From contig JAVECO010000090.1 in NCBI GenBank assembly GCA_051942205.1, forward strand, positions 1-64,000: 64,000 nt of DNA. The letters run 5' to 3'. The DNA is from Coniocarpon cinnabarinum. Taxonomy: Eukaryota. Numbering within the stretch: the first letter of the stretch is position 1; each line of letters opens with the position of its first letter. Below the pieces are notes generated by a model. The model did not search any database, was not told the DNA's origin, and saw only the letters and a list, made by a program, of their open reading frames with translations. Made by a program: the position numbers and the translations under genes. Below are positions 48,296-61,186 of the stretch, one piece after another.

Positions 48296-49357
48296 ATGCC
48301 GTCCCCCTCTACTGTCACCAGGATCGATATCGCGCCGCAGGGCGCACTCATATCATCCTTCATCGTCGGCGGGCAGAACATCCTTCAAACCTTTCCTGCA
48401 CCTGGCCTCTTCCCCTCGCACAACGCTCCCTATTTTAGTGAGACCATCGGCCGTGTGAGTAACCGTATTGGGGGTGCACGTGCCCGCAACCTCAACGGCA
48501 AAGACTACCCACTGTCTGCCAACGAGGGCACCAACTGTCTTCATGGCGGCAAGGTAGGGTGGGGAAAGCGGACCTGGCAAGGTCCCCAGGAGACGACACG
48601 TCACGGTGACAAGGCCCAGCTCTGGACCTATACCAGCCCGGATGGAGAGGAGGGTTTTCCCGGCACCGTCGAGGCACGTGTCTGGTACACGATCGAAGCT
48701 CTACCAGACAGGGGCACGTACGCCGTGCAGCTAGATGCCGAATACGAAGTTGAGATGACGGGCAACGAAGTCGACGAGACCGTCGTGGCCGTAACCAACC
48801 ATGCCTACTTCAACCCTAGCAGCAAGCCGACCATCGACGGCCTGATTGTTGACTTTGCGACTATCGATCATCTGCCTGTTGACAAGGACCAGATCCCTAC
48901 AGGCCAGATTGAACCATATCCCGGTCTTCAAGGCCCAAACGTGGACATGACGTTTTCTGGCTCGAAACCTTTCGTCGATCACTGCATGATTCGTGACCAG
49001 GATGCCTCTGCCGTGCCACTGGACACACGCAGCCGAGCAATGCAGCGTCTGGTCACGCTCAAGGCACCAGATACAGGCATTCAGCTTGAGATCAGTAGCA
49101 CCGAGCCCGCCTTCCAGTTCTACACCGGCGAAGGCACGAACGTCGCCGCAACGCAAGGAGATGCGCCGCCGCCTGGCTTACTCGATGGCGATCAGCACGG
49201 TCTCAAAGGTGAGCCGCGAGGGCCTCGGTGCGGCATTGCGATCGAGCCAAGCCGGTACGTCGACTGTGTGAACAGATCTGAGTGGAGAGGGATGGTCTTG
49301 TTGAAGAAGGGCGCGATATACGGTAGCAAGAGCAGGTACACGGCTTGGAAACAGTGA
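48296..49357 (+). CDS. Aldose 1-epimerase (galactose mutarotase family)
   Basis: ETIGRVSNRI, NCLHGG, SPDGEEGFPG, TNHAYFN, DHC, STEPAFQFYTG, IAIEPSRY. Confidence 0.93.
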   Translation: MPSPSTVTRIDIAPQGALISSFIVGGQNILQTFPAPGLFPSHNAPYFSETIGRVSNRIGGARARNLNGKDYPLSANEGTNCLHGGKVGWGKRTWQGPQETTRHGDKAQLWTYTSPDGEEGFPGTVEARVWYTIEALPDRGTYAVQLDAEYEVEMTGNEVDETVVAVTNHAYFNPSSKPTIDGLIVDFATIDHLPVDKDQIPTGQIEPYPGLQGPNVDMTFSGSKPFVDHCMIRDQDASAVPLDTRSRAMQRLVTLKAPDTGIQLEISSTEPAFQFYTGEGTNVAATQGDAPPPGLLDGDQHGLKGEPRGPRCGIAIEPSRYVDCVNRSEWRGMVLLKKGAIYGSKSRYTAWKQ

Positions 49358-49829
49358 ACAAGTCGAGCACAATTTCGAGCGAAATATTTGTGTACATATG
49401 ATTAGCTAGTAATCGTCAAGAGTACTGGATGAGATGTGATGACCCAAAGGAGCGCTTAGATTGGTTTGTTCCCAACTCATCGACAACAGTGTGTATTAGG
49501 TGCCACGATTCTCGTTTCTGGTCCCTCTCCTTTTCCGTGCGGTACTCTAAATGATGTCTCCTTGATGATATTCATTTCACCAACATGCAATTGATGAATG
49601 TAAGTCACGCGAAGAGGTAGAAATAGGAAAGATGTGTGTGGTTTCTCGCGGCAAGCCCTTCATGATTTCGAAAAGTCTTATAGGGAAAGTAGCAACACTG
49701 CGTCGGCTACGATCGCGTGGATTCAGTAATTTTCAAATCTGCGAACAGAGGACCGGAAATTTTCACAGCGTTTGTCTCAAAAACAGCTATAAATTGAGCG
49801 TCTATCCAGATTCAACTTCAGAAAGTACC

Positions 49830-50822
49830 ATGTTGCCGTCAGCAAGGCGGCACCTCTCCCAGACCCGGAAGAACGAGTCGTTGACCGAGGAGGACGTTGA
49901 GCAATATTCGCTAGGAAGCCATCCTGCATTGCAGAAACCATTCAAAACCAATGCACGCAACTCGCTGATCGTTGACTCGTACAATGCGCCAAGTGCAGGG
50001 TTCATCAAAGTAATCACTTTGAACGAGCTGCGTACTCTCAATGCACTAAGCAAGCAGATGGTGATGGAGCTAAGTGAGGAAATCGAGACCATTCATGCAG
50101 AGCAAAAGCCTGGAGAGACGCGGGTCCTAATTGTGAGGAGCGCCGCGGAAAAGGCGTTCTGTGCTGGCGCAAATTTGAAGGAGCGTGCAGAAATGAGCCT
50201 TGACGAGTGAGCGGTCCCATCAGCGTGCTTCCAGCACTTCCGAAGAATCCGTCTCTGACACATTATTTACAGAGCCAACGCCTTCCTCAACAAGCTGCGC
50301 AGTACATTTTACCGACTGGAGACTCTGCCTGTTCCCAGCATTTCTGCCATCCATGGAGTTGCACTAGGCGGTGGGCTTGAGCTGGCCCTCTGCACTCACC
50401 TGCGAGTCGTTTCACAATACGCGAGTATGGGCCTGCCCGAAGCAAGTTTAGGCATCATCCCCGGCGCAGGGGGAACCCACCGCCTCCCCACTATCATCGG
50501 CAAAACGCGCGCCCTGGAGCTCATGCTCACCACCCGCCGCATTGGCGCAGTCGAGGCCCTAAGCTATGGGCTATGCAATGGTATTGTCGAGCACGAGCCC
50601 GCCGATGCACGCAATGCAACGTTCAAGCAGGCGGTGAAGCTGGCTGCAAACATTGCGCTAAGAGCGCCCCTGTCTGTGCGGGCCATCATCAACGCCACGC
50701 GAATTGACAGTGGGCCGGATGCAGAGGCGAAGGCCTATGAGGGTTTGATACGCACGGAAGATCGGAATGAGGCCCTAGCCGCATTTCGAGAGAAGCGGCC
50801 AGCAGTGTTCAAAGGACGCTGA
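49830..50822 (+). CDS. Crotonase-family enoyl-CoA hydratase, methylglutaconyl-CoA hydratase (AUH)-like; intron 50207-50272
   Basis: NALSKQM, AFCAGANLKER, ALGGGLELAL, GLPEASLGIIPGAGGTHRLP, DRNEALAAFREKRPAVFKGR. Confidence 0.9.
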
Positions 50823-50829
50823 GCTCGAA

Positions 50830-51705
50830 TCAGGCCGCACTGCCCAGATCCTCTTTCGCATCCGGCCGATTCCAGCTCGCCACCTCTAGCTCACGCAGGG
50901 CTTCACTCAGTCTGCGACGCTGCGCAATTCGCTTTTCGGCCTCCTCCGCTTGATCTGCTTGGGTCCCCTGGAACGCCTGCAGCATGAAAGGCAACTCCGC
51001 CATCGTGGTCTTCTTCGCGGCTTGGTAATCATACAGCACAATGTCTTCCGTGAGCCTCGCACTGATTCGTCTCTCCTTTTCAGAGAGAATCATGACATCA
51101 AGCACGAAGCTTTCGCTGCTCGCTTCTGCCGAGCTCGCCAGCTTGTGGAATACACTTACGCGATCTGGATACTTCATGGGGAACTTAAAGTCTGTCCGGA
51201 TCGATCTAAGGATCATACCCTTGCCCGTGGGCGTGGCCAGATTTCGCCATTGGCTTCCATTGGCCGAGTCCAAGGAGCGAGCGTAATTCTGAACCCAATT
51301 CACACGCGCAGACTCAGCCCAGCGGTTGTATACGACGTTATTGACGTGGCCCATGGAGTCCTGCTCACCCCATTGGACAGCATGTCGAAGCAACCCGGCG
51401 TGCGTGGAAGTTGTGAGAAATCCCTCAGGGCCTGCGAGAAGCGCTCGCCAGTCGGTGGTCACTTCGCTGACGAGGTTGCCTGCATAGTCCAATTGCGCGG
51501 GTCTCAATCCGAAGGCGATGCAGCGGCCGACTCGCGCTCGAAATTCATGAAGCCAGCGAGGATCCCGGAGAGACTTCGGATCCAATTCCTGTGTGCTAGG
51601 TGAATACCAACGGCGTAAATGATATTGAGATGGTGTGCGGCCTGCTGCGTGTCGCATGCATGGCTGGGAAGCCCTGGCAGCAGTCCGGCCGCCGATCAGT
51701 AGCAT
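50830..51705 (-). CDS. Hot-dog fold thioesterase (4HBT-like), probably mitochondrial
   Basis: Arg-rich presequence; VQWGEQDSMGHVNNVVYNRWAESARV, ILRSIRTDFKFPMKYPD, EDIVLYDY; first in-frame ATG at 51705. Confidence 0.88.
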   Translation of the reverse strand: MLLIGGRTAARASQPCMRHAAGRTPSQYHLRRWYSPSTQELDPKSLRDPRWLHEFRARVGRCIAFGLRPAQLDYAGNLVSEVTTDWRALLAGPEGFLTTSTHAGLLRHAVQWGEQDSMGHVNNVVYNRWAESARVNWVQNYARSLDSANGSQWRNLATPTGKGMILRSIRTDFKFPMKYPDRVSVFHKLASSAEASSESFVLDVMILSEKERRISARLTEDIVLYDYQAAKKTTMAELPFMLQAFQGTQADQAEEAEKRIAQRRRLSEALRELEVASWNRPDAKEDLGSAA

Positions 51706-52319
51706 CGGGCATGTACGGAGCAGATATCGAGGTGTCACGAGCCTCGCCCGAACGATTGATCATCATTTCTCAAAAGGTTGAAGAGCAAGAAAGTCTCGGA
51801 CGGGCCATGACGTCATTATCTGTCTCTCGGCCATTGGGCGTCTCGAGCGCGTCTGCACGGAACTTCGCGTGCTAGAAAGGTGCTTGAGAAAGTTCCAATG
51901 CCTTCTCCCTTGAAATCTCAACAACGGGCTTCACTAGCAATAGACACTTAGACCGATGTCGGGGCTGAGATAAGCCTCTTCTGACCCAGTGCAGCGGACC
52001 TTCAATTTCTTCGCTATCTGCGCGGGACGCCGCCTACATGTTGGGACAGAGGCACAAGAATTGCAGAACGGTTGTGCAATCTAGTAAGATGCACTCGGAG
52101 AACTCGATCTTGGCGACAAATGTCGTGTTGCCAGTCCTGCGCACTGGTGAATGCTCAGCCTCGCCGCCATGATACCACACGCTTCCTCTCTCACCGAGTG
52201 CTGCAAGCTCCCGCGTCGCACAAGTGCGGGACAATCAGATTATAAGTAGTCATGGTGTCTGCGAGCTGCAGCCGCTGCTACGCAATACTTTTCTCCTGAC
52301 TTGCTTGGCATGGTCGAGG

Positions 52320-55300
52320 ATGGCGCTTGCCATTGTGACTGACTCTATCCAACTGGCCGAGTATGGCATTAAGGCGTTCAGACTGCTGCGCACCCTCCGC
52401 AACGGCAGCTCTGATCCTGCTGAGCTGGTGGACACGACGACTGATTTGCAAAATACTTGCGATCGTGTCCACAGTGCGCTCTCGTCAGATAAACTTGCAC
52501 ATGAGCTCCCTGAGCAGGAGCGCGATATCATTCAGCAAGCCAGACGATGCTCTGAAGCTGCTAAACAGCTTCTGCAAGAGTTTCGAAGGCTCGAACCGTG
52601 TAATGTTCGTGGCCGTTGGTCGCAAGCATTTCTAGTCACAGCGCGCAAGTTTTATCGCTCGGACCATATTAAGCAATTGACTACGCAGCTCGAATCGCAT
52701 CGGGATGCTTTGCTGTTGGCACTTGTTGCTCGTCGAAGGTCGGTCAAATTTCCCACGTTAGTCGAGATCTGTGTCGAGCTTGCGTTGGAAAGACGCATTT
52801 GTATGTTTCACTGCAGATGTTATGCCCCTTGCTCCGCCAAGGCGTGGTCTTTTGAGGACTGACTATTCTGCAAGCCTTGCGGAAAAGAGCACTCGCAAGA
52901 ACCTCAAGGATAGTCTTTTCTTTCCACAGCTCAAAGCACGCATGGAAGAAATCAGCGCGGCGCATAGGCGCACCTTTGAGTGGATATTTCAGAATTCAGC
53001 AACTCTAGTGAAGCCCAAGTTTTCAAGCTTCACACGATGGCTGGAAAAAGGGGAAGGAACATTTTGGATCAGTGGAAAGGTAAGTCCGAAGCGACAGCAA
53101 TTTCTGAACACCCGTGGTAATTTTGGGAAAGCTCGGATCGGGAAAATCGACATTGATGCGCTTCATAGACCGGCATGAGAGCACAAGTACTCTCCTCTCT
53201 CAATGGTCTTGTAACAAAAGATGTATTAGGGCTAGCTTCTCACTCTGGTAAGATGTCTGTTGCTTGTGCATGCCTCCCATCGTATGCCAAACAGGACGTT
53301 TGGGGTGGCAGACAGGCGCATTGTCGGGATGCTGTGAGTGGAATACTTCAGAAACTCACATCAAATGTACAGGTATCCAGGCGCTCCTCTGCAAAAAAGT
53401 CTCATAGGAATGCTGAGATCCATTCTGTATCAGTTCATCAATGAGAACAATATGCTAATTCCCACCAATATCGACGACAACCAAACGTACACGTGGACGC
53501 TGGAAAGATTATTAACACTCGCGAAATCTTTGCTAGAGTGTAATGCTCCATACAACAGATTTTTCGTCCTGATCGACGGTTTGGATGAGCTAGATGAGGA
53601 CTACTCAAAAATTCTGGATCTGCTGTCGGAACTATCGGCATGGAACGTCAAGTTACTTGTTGCGAGCCGCCCTGAAAGCGCGTTTGACCGAGCTTTCTCT
53701 GAAATGCCACATCTCGAGCTTCAGGAAATTACCAGAAACGATATCGCGCGGATGTTTTTAGAGAAGCTCTCGACAGCTGCACTCAATCACGCAGAACGAG
53801 TTAAATTTCCCAGCAGTCGCAAAGATTTGATCAGGCTCAGTGCAACGATCATCGACCAAGCCAACGGAATTTTTCTCTGGGCGAAGACTGTCGCTGGCAC
53901 CTGCGAGACAGGTATTCTAGAAGGCGAAAGTATTCAAGACCTCGAAAGACACGTAACAACTCTTCCCAATGACATGCTCAAGTTGTACCGACAGCTTGTC
54001 TTGAGGGCGATAGATAAGTACGACAACCAGCAAATGCTAGACTGTGCGAGATATTGCCAACTCGCAGTTGTGTTCTCAAGACCACCAGTCTTAAGCCTCA
54101 ATGTTCTTGCACTTTGTCCACTGACAAGTGCACAACTTGGCGATTTCAAGGTGCCTGATCTCACGGCATTCGCCGAAAGATGCAAGCAAAAGCTGTTACA
54201 CATAAGAGCACGTGGACTTGGCTTGTTGGAAATTTGGACGCCTCACTTCACCCCACAAAGAGGAAAACATTCACCGACTCCGTCTACTACTTTGGAGTGG
54301 GTGACGGCTAGTACTGACCCAAACACGACTATTCGCGTGGCGCACCGTACTGTGCAAGATTTTTTGAAACAAGACGCTATCCTTTCAGAACTTGCGATCG
54401 GTGACGATCAGTGGACATCTGAAGTCTGCAAACTACGAGGTTACATCAGATGGCTTGAGTTCCTCTCAAGCCATGTTCCTAGACTTCAGCCTCACATGGA
54501 GAGCACTTACGGCCAGATTTACCGCAATGTATCGCATATGCTTTGGTACATTTGCTACATCGAACACAACCAACAAATTCAGTTGACACAAGAAATTTTC
54601 GACCTCGTTTCTGCCGCTGACGCCCTGATGTTACTGTGCAGTAGTGTTCCGAAAAATCACGAAAAGTACCTTCAATTTTGGTGCTGTTTTCATGGTTATA
54701 TTGCAAGCGGAGCTGCCGACATATGTGCTCGTTGGATGGAGCCAAGAGCAGCAGCTCTGTGTGACTCTTGCTCAGAAGCGACGAGCGCGCTGAAAAGCGC
54801 TGCTGAAAACCTCGCACACGGTCAGAGTCTCGTACATCGTCAGAGATTTTGGTGGAATTCCTCTTTAAACGTGTCCTTCGAAGACACAGATTTAGGTCAG
54901 CAGTACGTCAAAGACAACCCATTCGGCCACGTTGTAGATCAACAGCTTGGTTCCTTCATCGCGCTTCTGCGCGCACTCTTGCAAAAAGGTGCCAACGTCA
55001 ATGAGCTTGATCCAGCCTTATACCCTTGTCTCTGCTCAAGACAGCTTGTCAAATGGAGTAGAAAACGCTCGGCTCCAGCCACTCCGTGGCTCGTCTTATT
55101 CGCCTCTTTCATTAGGGACATCACCAACAACGGAGCAGGTCAGAACATGACGAGGCCACTTGATGTCATGCGTGATTTTTACGGGCACTGGCACCGTGTA
55201 TTTCAGATTATGCTTGAAGACGGACGAGCAGACCCAAACAGGCTATTCGCATTTGGCGTTCATGTTGGTAAGTACTGCTGCGATCGGTGTGCGAGCGCGT

Positions 55301-55831
55301 TGTACTCTATCCAAGTATTCGATTGCACTAGTTGACTGACTACGTTCTTTAGTTCAGGACAAGTTCAAACTGATCGACAAGTATCAGCCGATAGTGCCTG
55401 TTTTCCTGACCGTCACGATGACTCCTCTCTCGTTCCTTTGTTGGAATACCGAGGGGATCACGTTTGCCAGGCTTCGAAAGATGCTTTTAGCACACGGATC
55501 ATGTCTACACTGTGTTCTGGAGTCGATCAGATTCAAGCATCTGGACACAGAGGATTCACAGGTGGTCAAGATCGACCAGTGCTTTTCGGAAGAATTGCTC
55601 TGGGACTTTATGAAAGACATACCACATTGCTTGAAGTCCGAGGACGAGTGTCCGATGTACAAAATAGATGGAGAAGAAGGGTACTTTGATCCTACGGACG
55701 CACCACGACTGTTTCCCCAACGCGAGTTGATCACTGACGCCGATGAACTTGCGGCTGTGATTCGGAGCGCGATTGAAGATCATGTGCGAAGTCAGTTGCT
55801 TGAAGCAACAAATGCTCTGCCATTGGACTAG
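52320..55831 (+). CDS. Fungal NLR-like STAND protein: helical N-terminal (HeLo-like/SesA-type) domain + NACHT NTPase + unrecognised C-terminus; ~5 exons
   Basis: SLFFPQLKARMEEISAAHRRTFEWIF, Walker A FWISGK|LGSGKSTLM, LQKSLIGMLRSILYQ, Walker B FFVLIDGLDE, KLLVASRP, ANGIFLW, LPNDMLKLY, HRTVQDFL; all introns join in frame. Confidence 0.88.
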
Positions 55832-57706
55832 ACGGCGCACTGTTGCCAAGCATGAACAAGAATCGATTGGCAGATGTATGGGTAGGCATACCATTGCATC
55901 TTTAACAGCAAGCAATAATACAATGATGAAACGAACGAAGCAATAGGTATGGAAAGTCGATGATACGGCAGAGTCCAGCACTCACTTCTAATACGAGACA
56001 GACTCAGACTGCTCATGATGTCCAGCGCTAGCTTCACTTTGAACTTTGTCGACAAAAGACCACTGGGCGTACCCGTTGATAGTTAGCAGTGTGGTCGATG
56101 CTTCAATGTTACTGGTTCGGTTGCAGTTGACCATTAGCTTCTTGGTTTGCTTCTTGCCCTTGTCATAGGTTGGTAGCCTGAGCCAAGCCGAACAGGTGAC
56201 CGCACCGATAGCTAGTTCCATTCGAGTCGCTACCGACCTGGCATTCGTTTGCATGATGATGATCACATCAAACAAACGACAGCTGACCTTGGGCTGCGAG
56301 ATTCATGTGTGAGAATGATGGTCGGAGGTAAGGGAAATACGTTTATAAGAAGGAATACGGACACACCGCCAGAGTGGAAAGCGTTGGCCGGTATTGACGA
56401 CGTGAGTATCTGTCGACGTCCCGACGAAAATATTCATCCTCACTTGTGACGCGGCCTGTCGTGGCTCATGCGAATGCAACCTACTCATGGTCAGAGCGCA
56501 GCAATTCCTAAACAGCACTATGACATTCAGCTCTAGCACTTGCGCTTGCTGATCGTAGGTAGCACAACCTCAACACAGCATTCTCAACGCCGCGCAATCC
56601 GCCACGACTTTAGTATCAGACTTGTACCCGATATAAACAGCTCCACAAACAGCTTCATCTGAGCCACTTGCACTAGAATACAGGCCTTTCAGATGCGAGC
56701 TTTCGACAGTTGTGTAATCTTTCACGAAGCTGTCATGAAAGGTCGAAGGAGTACGTACAGTAGTTTCCCATCGTGGGACGTTGTACTCAGACGAAGCAAT
56801 GAGTGTTTGCAGCAAATCACGTATCCCAGTTTCGCTCTTTTCGAGACGAGAGTGTCTAGAATCAAGTCATTAGATAACACCTTGCTAGATGAAAGGCTAG
56901 TACGTCGCTCTGCAGCTCTGCAGCTCTGCAGCACATTACACACTTACTACTATATCTATGATACCTATTAAGACTGCCTTACATTCTATTAATAATATTT
57001 GAGTAGAGTGTCTAACACATCTCAAGCTCTGCCACAGCAAGACGACTCACCAGCACTTAAGAAAAATACAATAGTACGCATAATCTTTCATTCCTTTACC
57101 AATCATACCATTGAGATATAGAATAAAGAACTTACGAGCTGCGCAGGAGGCCTCCTTCGAGAGAGGACTTCACAAGCCCGCCTGAGTCCCTCGAATAAAG
57201 CAAATGAGACTGCGCGAGCAACAGAGCGAGCGCGTTTGCACGGGAAACATCGCGTGGGTGAGAACGCTGACGATCCCAGGGATCGTATACTCACTTGCAA
57301 TGGCAAGCCGTCACGTCACCGCGGCTGTTACGATCAAAGGCCGAGGTAAGTGATACCAGTGTCTTTCACCAGTGTCTTTTACCCGTGTCATGCCCTAGAG
57401 GCGTCGCAAAGAGATCTCGCAAGGTATACACGAATGGGAATCCTCATCCAGCCAATTGTCTTGACCTCTATCGGGAGCTGACAGAGATCGAGCTCACGGA
57501 GAGGAGACGTATTTCGAAATGCTCACATCAACATGAGCAGGGCAGCCAACAGGAAACGCGATATGTTCATGCAGGAAGATGAAGAGCGTCTCGGAAAGCG
57601 TTTACTGATGTCTTCGATCACATATGTTGGAGTTCACATTATATGCCCTGCAAGGTGCAATAGCTAATGTGCGATTGCGAAATGCAATTAAACGTCCTAA
57701 CTAATA

Positions 57707-57891
57707 AAGCACCCCATCCTTTTTTAAGCACTTCATCCAATATCTCTAAGCACTTCATCCTTTTTTAAACACTCCATCCTTTTTTAAACACTCCGTCCTT
57801 TTCTAAGTACTCCATCCTATTCTAAGGACTCCATCCAATTCTGAGCACTCCATCCTTTTCTAAGTACGCCACCCAATTCCAGCACTCCATC
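57707..57891. repeat. 19-bp minisatellite, ~10 imperfect copies
   Basis: Consensus AAGCACTCCATCCTTTTYT repeated head-to-tail with no spacers. Confidence 0.88.
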
Positions 57892-58326
57892 GAATGAGAA
57901 CAAATCCGCATCAACAAGCGAAGCCGCCAGTTTAGCATGTAGCTACTTCCTCAACGCAGCTGAGTGATCAACGACATTCCTCATGCAACCATTCACTCAG
58001 AAAAAACAAAAGTTTACATGAGAGGTTGGCGCTCGGACCAACAATGCGTCCTTCGATTGGAATCCCACGCTCGAACAAGACGTTGACAGCATAGATGAGA
58101 CGGTAGTGCTGGACGGGCACTAATTCCCTAGACTCTGCTAAACGCTCAAGACGTAGCAGATCATGCCGGTATAGTCGATGACGGCATCACGCAGGCAAAG
58201 ACGAGGATCGCCAGACACATCAGCTGCAAGGGTTCGAGGAAAAAGAAAAGCTCGCGCTGTAGCGAGTTTTATGCTTTTGCGCGACGTGATAAGTATGCGA
58301 TTAACACAAAGCGTCATCGACATCAC

Positions 58327-59428
58327 TCATTTGGTGTCACTAATCCTAAAGACGAACTTGGTCGCGCTCGCCTTGCCGTTTTGCAGGTCCGTGAGACCTT
58401 GGTGCACGCCGTTGAGTCCGCCCGGCACGACAGTGTAGGGATGGCCCTTGAGCCATCTGGAAAGCAACGTCAGCACACACTTCTATATGTCAACTTCTCA
58501 CACCAGCAAGATCAACTCACCCGTCTCTCAGCCCCTTCTCAAACAACTTGAACCATGCCAGACCCATATCCTTATTCGCATTATGCACGTCGCCCACGTA
58601 TGTCATGACCTTTTCCACGTGCGGAGGGCAGTCGCTGAAATCTTTGAATGGCAGCACGAGCGTAATCTTCCCGCCCTCGGCCATTGCGTTGGCCGCATTC
58701 ACGTACGAGTTGTTCTCGGAGATGGCGTCGTAGCAATAGTGGATCGTCTGGCCCTTGGCTGCGGTCTGGATCCCGGTGACGACCGCTTGGTCGCCTTCAC
58801 GGTAGTCGACGACGGCGTCGCCTTTGGATGTGTCGAGCAGCGACTCGACAAAGGGAATGCCCCTTCCGGCGACACCGATGATGGGGTGGATGTTCGAGCG
58901 CTTGGCGAGTTGGATTGCAAACGCTCCAACGGCACTCGCGGCGCCGTAGACGATGAGCGGTCCCACGTCAGCGGGCTTCGGCGAATCCTTTAGCTCGCCA
59001 TCGTGACGACCACCCGTCCACGGCTCCGGAAGATTCAGCTTCGTGTAGAGACCCACGACGGCCGTCATGGCCGCCAGCGGTATAGTCGAAGCCTCTTCGA
59101 ACGAAGTCTGCGGAGGCAAATGGAACGTCGAGTCCGCCCACGCGATGCCGTACTCGGCAAAGGAGCCGTGATCAGTGCGCATCTCATGGAATGCAGCGAC
59201 GCGGTCACCCTTGTGGAAGCCCACGACGCCCTCGCCCACCGATTCGATGTAGCCAGCCATGTCGTCGCCTGTGTTGGCGACGGCGTCGAACATGGCTGGA
59301 TACTTCCAGTCTTTGGGATTCGAGCCGGAGACTTCGATTTTGATGAGGACTTTTCCTGGCCCTGGCTTGGGCACGGGAGAGTCTTTGATCTCGACCGAGG
59401 GGCCTTTGGAGACGATGACTTCCTTCAT
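58327..59428 (-). CDS. MDR-family enoyl reductase-like / quinone oxidoreductase (zinc-independent); 2 exons
   Basis: GSNPKDWK, GDDMAG, GDRVAAFH, GSFAEY, SFEEASTIPLA, YGAASAVGAFAIQLA, G|WLKGHP..PGGLNGV..ASATKFVFRI. Confidence 0.92.
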
Positions 59429-60254
59429 CTTGGCTGTGTGTGTGATGCAGCTTATGAAGAAGGGGTTTCGCGATGGAGAGTGTAGATGATTGTGTCGCCG
59501 AGCTCAAGCTATAGCGATAGAATCGAGTGGGTGCAGGACGTTTTTGATGTGGGAGATGAAAGAATTGTCGCGTTGCAGTCCGGATGGTTGCGGAGACCGC
59601 AATTTCTTATGATGGGTGCCATTGGCATCTGATGCAATTAGCGTCAAGGGTATGCTTGGAAAGCAATGATGCAATCGGTTAGTGCATATCTTTTTAAACG
59701 TGGGGCGGGCGGCCGAGTTTCGGGGCTAGGGGCGAAAGAGCCGCACGGCCTTAACCATTTGCAGACGAGAAGGATGTATTGATTACCAACACTCAGCCTG
59801 AAGTGTGCCTCGCGAGACCGGTTTCTGGCCTGACCTGATACTCGAAACCATAGTCCTGTGAGTTTAGCGTAGGCTGATGCAGCTCGTCCGCGGGGCAAAG
59901 CGGATCTCGCCTAGCTACACGCCTTAGACCAAGGTGTTGGTCAGTCAGCCCTTCGGTCGCAGCACAGAAAGGCTCCATGTTGAAGATGCTACAATGACAA
60001 GCCGTAGAATTGAGTGACGTGAAGAGCCGATTGCCAAAGATTGCGGTCGCCAAGGATTTGAAAGGATTGCGGCGAATTTCTAATCATCATACCGCCACCA
60101 GAGATTGGGCGAGGCGCCTAGCGAAGTTGCAGGGGGAACAACTCCAGGATGAATGAGCTTTGTGGGTCACTGCCACTCGTAAAGAGTCTTGAGACACTCG
60201 AATGCATGTCCGTCGTGACACGTAGGCTGCGTGCGTGGTAAGAGAGCTCGGGGT

Positions 60255-60661
60255 TTATTCAGCATCTCCGTATCGCTGCTTGAGTGCTCGATATCGCTTC
60301 AGGTAATAGCTTAGCAACATTAGCAAGGATTTGATCCTGAATGCAAGTGCTGCAACCTGCATACAGTGCCTCGATCTCTGAAGTTTGTCAGCATCAGAAA
60401 TGAGGATCGGATTGGCTGAAAATGCACCTTTCTTCACATATTCCGCCCGTTCGATACCCTTTTTGATCTCTACGTCATCTTGCACACTGGCCTGGCTCAT
60501 AAAAGCTTTGTGTACTCGAGGCTGGAAATATTCATATCCCAAGGGATATTCTTTACCCAAGTTGAGTAGTTCTGTCACACCACGTCAGACTGCGGGAATT
60601 TTACGCCACCGTGCGCCTGACCTTTGTAGATGCGAATGACTTCGTGACGCAATGTCATCAT
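60255..60661 (-). CDS. LYR-motif protein, LYRM5/ETFRF1-like; 4 short exons
   Basis: [37 protein letters not shown]...[28 protein letters not shown]. Confidence 0.88.
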
Positions 60662-61186
60662 GTGACTCAGCCCTTTGCTATAACTACTAAAACGCAAATA
60701 GATCAAAGTGTCGGGACGCAAATCTACAAACGTTCCACTTCCATTGCGTAAGGCTCATTGACCTCGGCCACTAGGCTCCATTGGACTTAGTTTCAATGCG
60801 GCCAAAGCGGCACGGCGGAATGCCAACGCGAGATTTGCGCGGGGTCTGCAAGACCCTGAATTTCCTGAGCTCGACGCGTGCTCACAGTAGGTTGGAAATC
60901 CTTCATAATCACAACTAAACCGGACAGAGTGGTTGAAGATTACATTCAAGCCTATATACTCATTCACAGATGCCACTGTTTCCTCCTGATGCATTCGGGT
61001 TACTGAAACACCCTGCGTTCTCGATGCCTGGCCACATTGCTACCTGCGGCGCGTCCGTGGCCAATCACATCTCAGCATTCCTGATCGTCGTTTGACCATG
61101 TTCAGTCCAGCTTTACATTGAGATCAATCCATACCGCAATCTTTCAGTAGTCTTAAATCAGCAATTCCTGTCATATCGACCGGTAA

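Noticed and set aside
57707..57891. CRISPR-like array
   Set aside because: Eukaryotic context, no unique spacers, no cas genes; ordinary minisatellite.
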